A DNA stretch of 64,000 nucleotides from Salinivirgaceae bacterium (lineage in GTDB: Bacteria > Bacteroidota > Bacteroidia > Bacteroidales > SZUA-534). The stretch spans positions 2,128 through 66,127 of the forward strand of contig JAKSOL010000010.1 of the NCBI GenBank assembly GCA_024405635.1. Direction: 5' to 3'. Shown here in pieces: positions 62,983 through 64,000 of this stretch (the stretch's first letter is position 1; each line of letters starts with the position of its first letter). The position numbers and the translations under genes were made by a program. The notes below the pieces were generated by a model. That model was not told the origin of the DNA and did not search any database. It saw nothing but the letters and a program-made list of their open reading frames with translations.

Positions 62983-64000
62983 CTATTTAATTGAAACCGA
63001 ATTTTTGGTGATGCTTGGATGTTGAAACGCATAATAGGTCCAGTAACTATGCAAAAAACGAGTTACTGCATACTTAGGATTTTGCGCTCGTAATTGCGAA
63101 AATGCTTGAAATTCGTTTTGTAAAGCACCACTGATTTTTATCGATTTGGCTAATTCAACAGGTTCGGTTTTTGAATTGGCGCACGAAGCGAAATAAGCAA
63201 CTATTCCCTCTTGCCACACTTTTGGCAAATTGCTGGCATTAAAGCCTGGACTATGAGCAAGTAACTGTGCAAAAGTAGCAAGTTGACTATCGTCATTAAC
63301 CGACGACGACAACAAGCATGTTGCCAACAAGTAATCGTAGGCAGGTTTGTTGCCCGGATTTTTTCGCACAAAATTGAAGATGCTTGTAAGCTGATTGTTG
63401 GTGTAAAACACATCGGTTGGCTGCATTTCTCTCATTTGCTCAACATAGTCGCGGTTCAACTTGCTCTTTCCTCCTGAAATGAACGACCGGCGATCGGCTA
63501 CAAAACGCTTGCAAAGCATCACTTTATCAAGTCGTTTCAAATACATTTCAGCTTGCTGATAATCGCCTTTAATTATCAATAAATCAACAATTTGACGCAA
63601 CACATATTTACTATATGGCAAATTAGTTTCGGCCTCGTAAGCAAAACGCAATGCGGGTTCAACAAAACCTATTTGCTTGTACAAATAGCTGCTTGGCATA
63701 CAAATTTCCCCAACCATTGGCGATTCGATAAACATTCCGTCGATGCCCAACATTTGTGGATAATTGAAAAGCATACTACCCATTTGCCCCGTTTTGGCCA
63801 ACGCCAGGTTGTAACATTGGTTAATGTAACGCTCGTAAACCTTGCACGAGTGACGGTTGTTTAGCGCCAAATCAATCACGCGATTCCAATCTTCGTAATA
63901 CGACGCCTTGCGCACTTGAACGCTCACACGCAAAACTGGATTTTCAACATGTGCGGCATAACCAAAGCTAACGCCAAAAACTGCAACCATTGCCAAGCTT
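62983..64000 (-). CDS. Hypothetical protein, C-terminal part (5' end outside the window); helical/TPR-like, possibly DUF6057-like
   Basis: The ORF is open to the window edge. The sequence is helical and repeat-like (IIKGDYQQAEMYLKRL). The family name comes from weak recollection only. Confidence 0.5.
   Translation of the reverse strand, partial: SLAMVAVFGVSFGYAAHVENPVLRVSVQVRKASYYEDWNRVIDLALNNRHSCKVYERYINQCYNLALAKTGQMGSMLFNYPQMLGIDGMFIESPMVGEICMPSSYLYKQIGFVEPALRFAYEAETNLPYSKYVLRQIVDLLIIKGDYQQAEMYLKRLDKVMLCKRFVADRRSFISGGKSKLNRDYVEQMREMQPTDVFYTNNQLTSIFNFVRKNPGNKPAYDYLLATCLLSSSVNDDSQLATFAQLLAHSPGFNASNLPKVWQEGIVAYFASCANSKTEPVELAKSIKISGALQNEFQAFSQLRAQNPKYAVTRFLHSYWTYYAFQHPSITKNSVSIK

Noticed and set aside
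1-64000. A search for CRISPR arrays, insertion sequences, integrases, phage genes or known defence systems.
   Set aside because: Intergenic space is short (the longest spacers are about 240-340 bp) and contains no direct-repeat arrays. No transposase, integrase, restriction or toxin-like ORFs were recognised. The only compositional anomaly is reported separately at 43.9-47.5 kb.

Overview
This is a dense, almost fully protein-coding 64-kb chromosomal segment with about 50 supported CDS. By eye I found no rRNA, tRNA, CRISPR array, transposase or integrase. It looks like a Bacteroidota genome. It is AT-rich, exact TAnnTTTG -7 promoter boxes sit 17-65 nt upstream of many start codons, and there is no obvious Shine-Dalgarno usage. 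The family content also fits: a LysM-PBP fusion, a TPR-PAS-SpoIIE phosphatase, YfhO, bifurcating-type EtfAB with a long acyl-CoA dehydrogenase, QueH and GatB/YqeY. Housekeeping genes include dnaB, ispE, proB, prmA, nnr, an M17 aminopeptidase, a purine nucleoside phosphorylase, a DEAD-box helicase, a MATE exporter and two PLP aminotransferases. Two regions stand out. (i) Bases 1-6949 hold an eight-gene, translationally coupled plus-strand operon. It joins an OmpA-like/YfiR-like (DUF4154) envelope module to a 2-TM hybrid histidine kinase with its own Hpt domain and an orphan STAS protein. These are followed by an AmgK-like sugar kinase fused to a RapZ C-terminal domain, a MurU-like nucleotidyltransferase, a HAD hydrolase and a DJ-1 protein. 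(ii) Bases 37711-47461 hold a nine-gene minus-strand operon with teichoic-acid-type chemistry in a diderm. It encodes a LicD phosphotransferase, a TagD-type cytidylyltransferase fused to a Gfo/Idh/MocA oxidoreductase, a TagF-like glycerophosphotransferase, a Wzx-like flippase, YfhO, a GT2, a TlpA-like thioredoxin lipoprotein and a 94-aa protein. Its promoter-proximal three genes are visibly lower in GC. Smaller oddities are also noted: a PdxA-family protein with all three canonical metal-binding His replaced, a DnaB with an SSB-like acidic C-terminal tip (DDNLPF), and a NapH-NapG-like polyferredoxin fusion with an internal twin-arginine motif. There is also a 1577-aa secreted orphan inside a housekeeping operon, a lipoprotein with a single CXXCH motif, and a tandemly duplicated CAP-domain protein. 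All functional calls rest on motif recognition by eye. No database search or computation was run.
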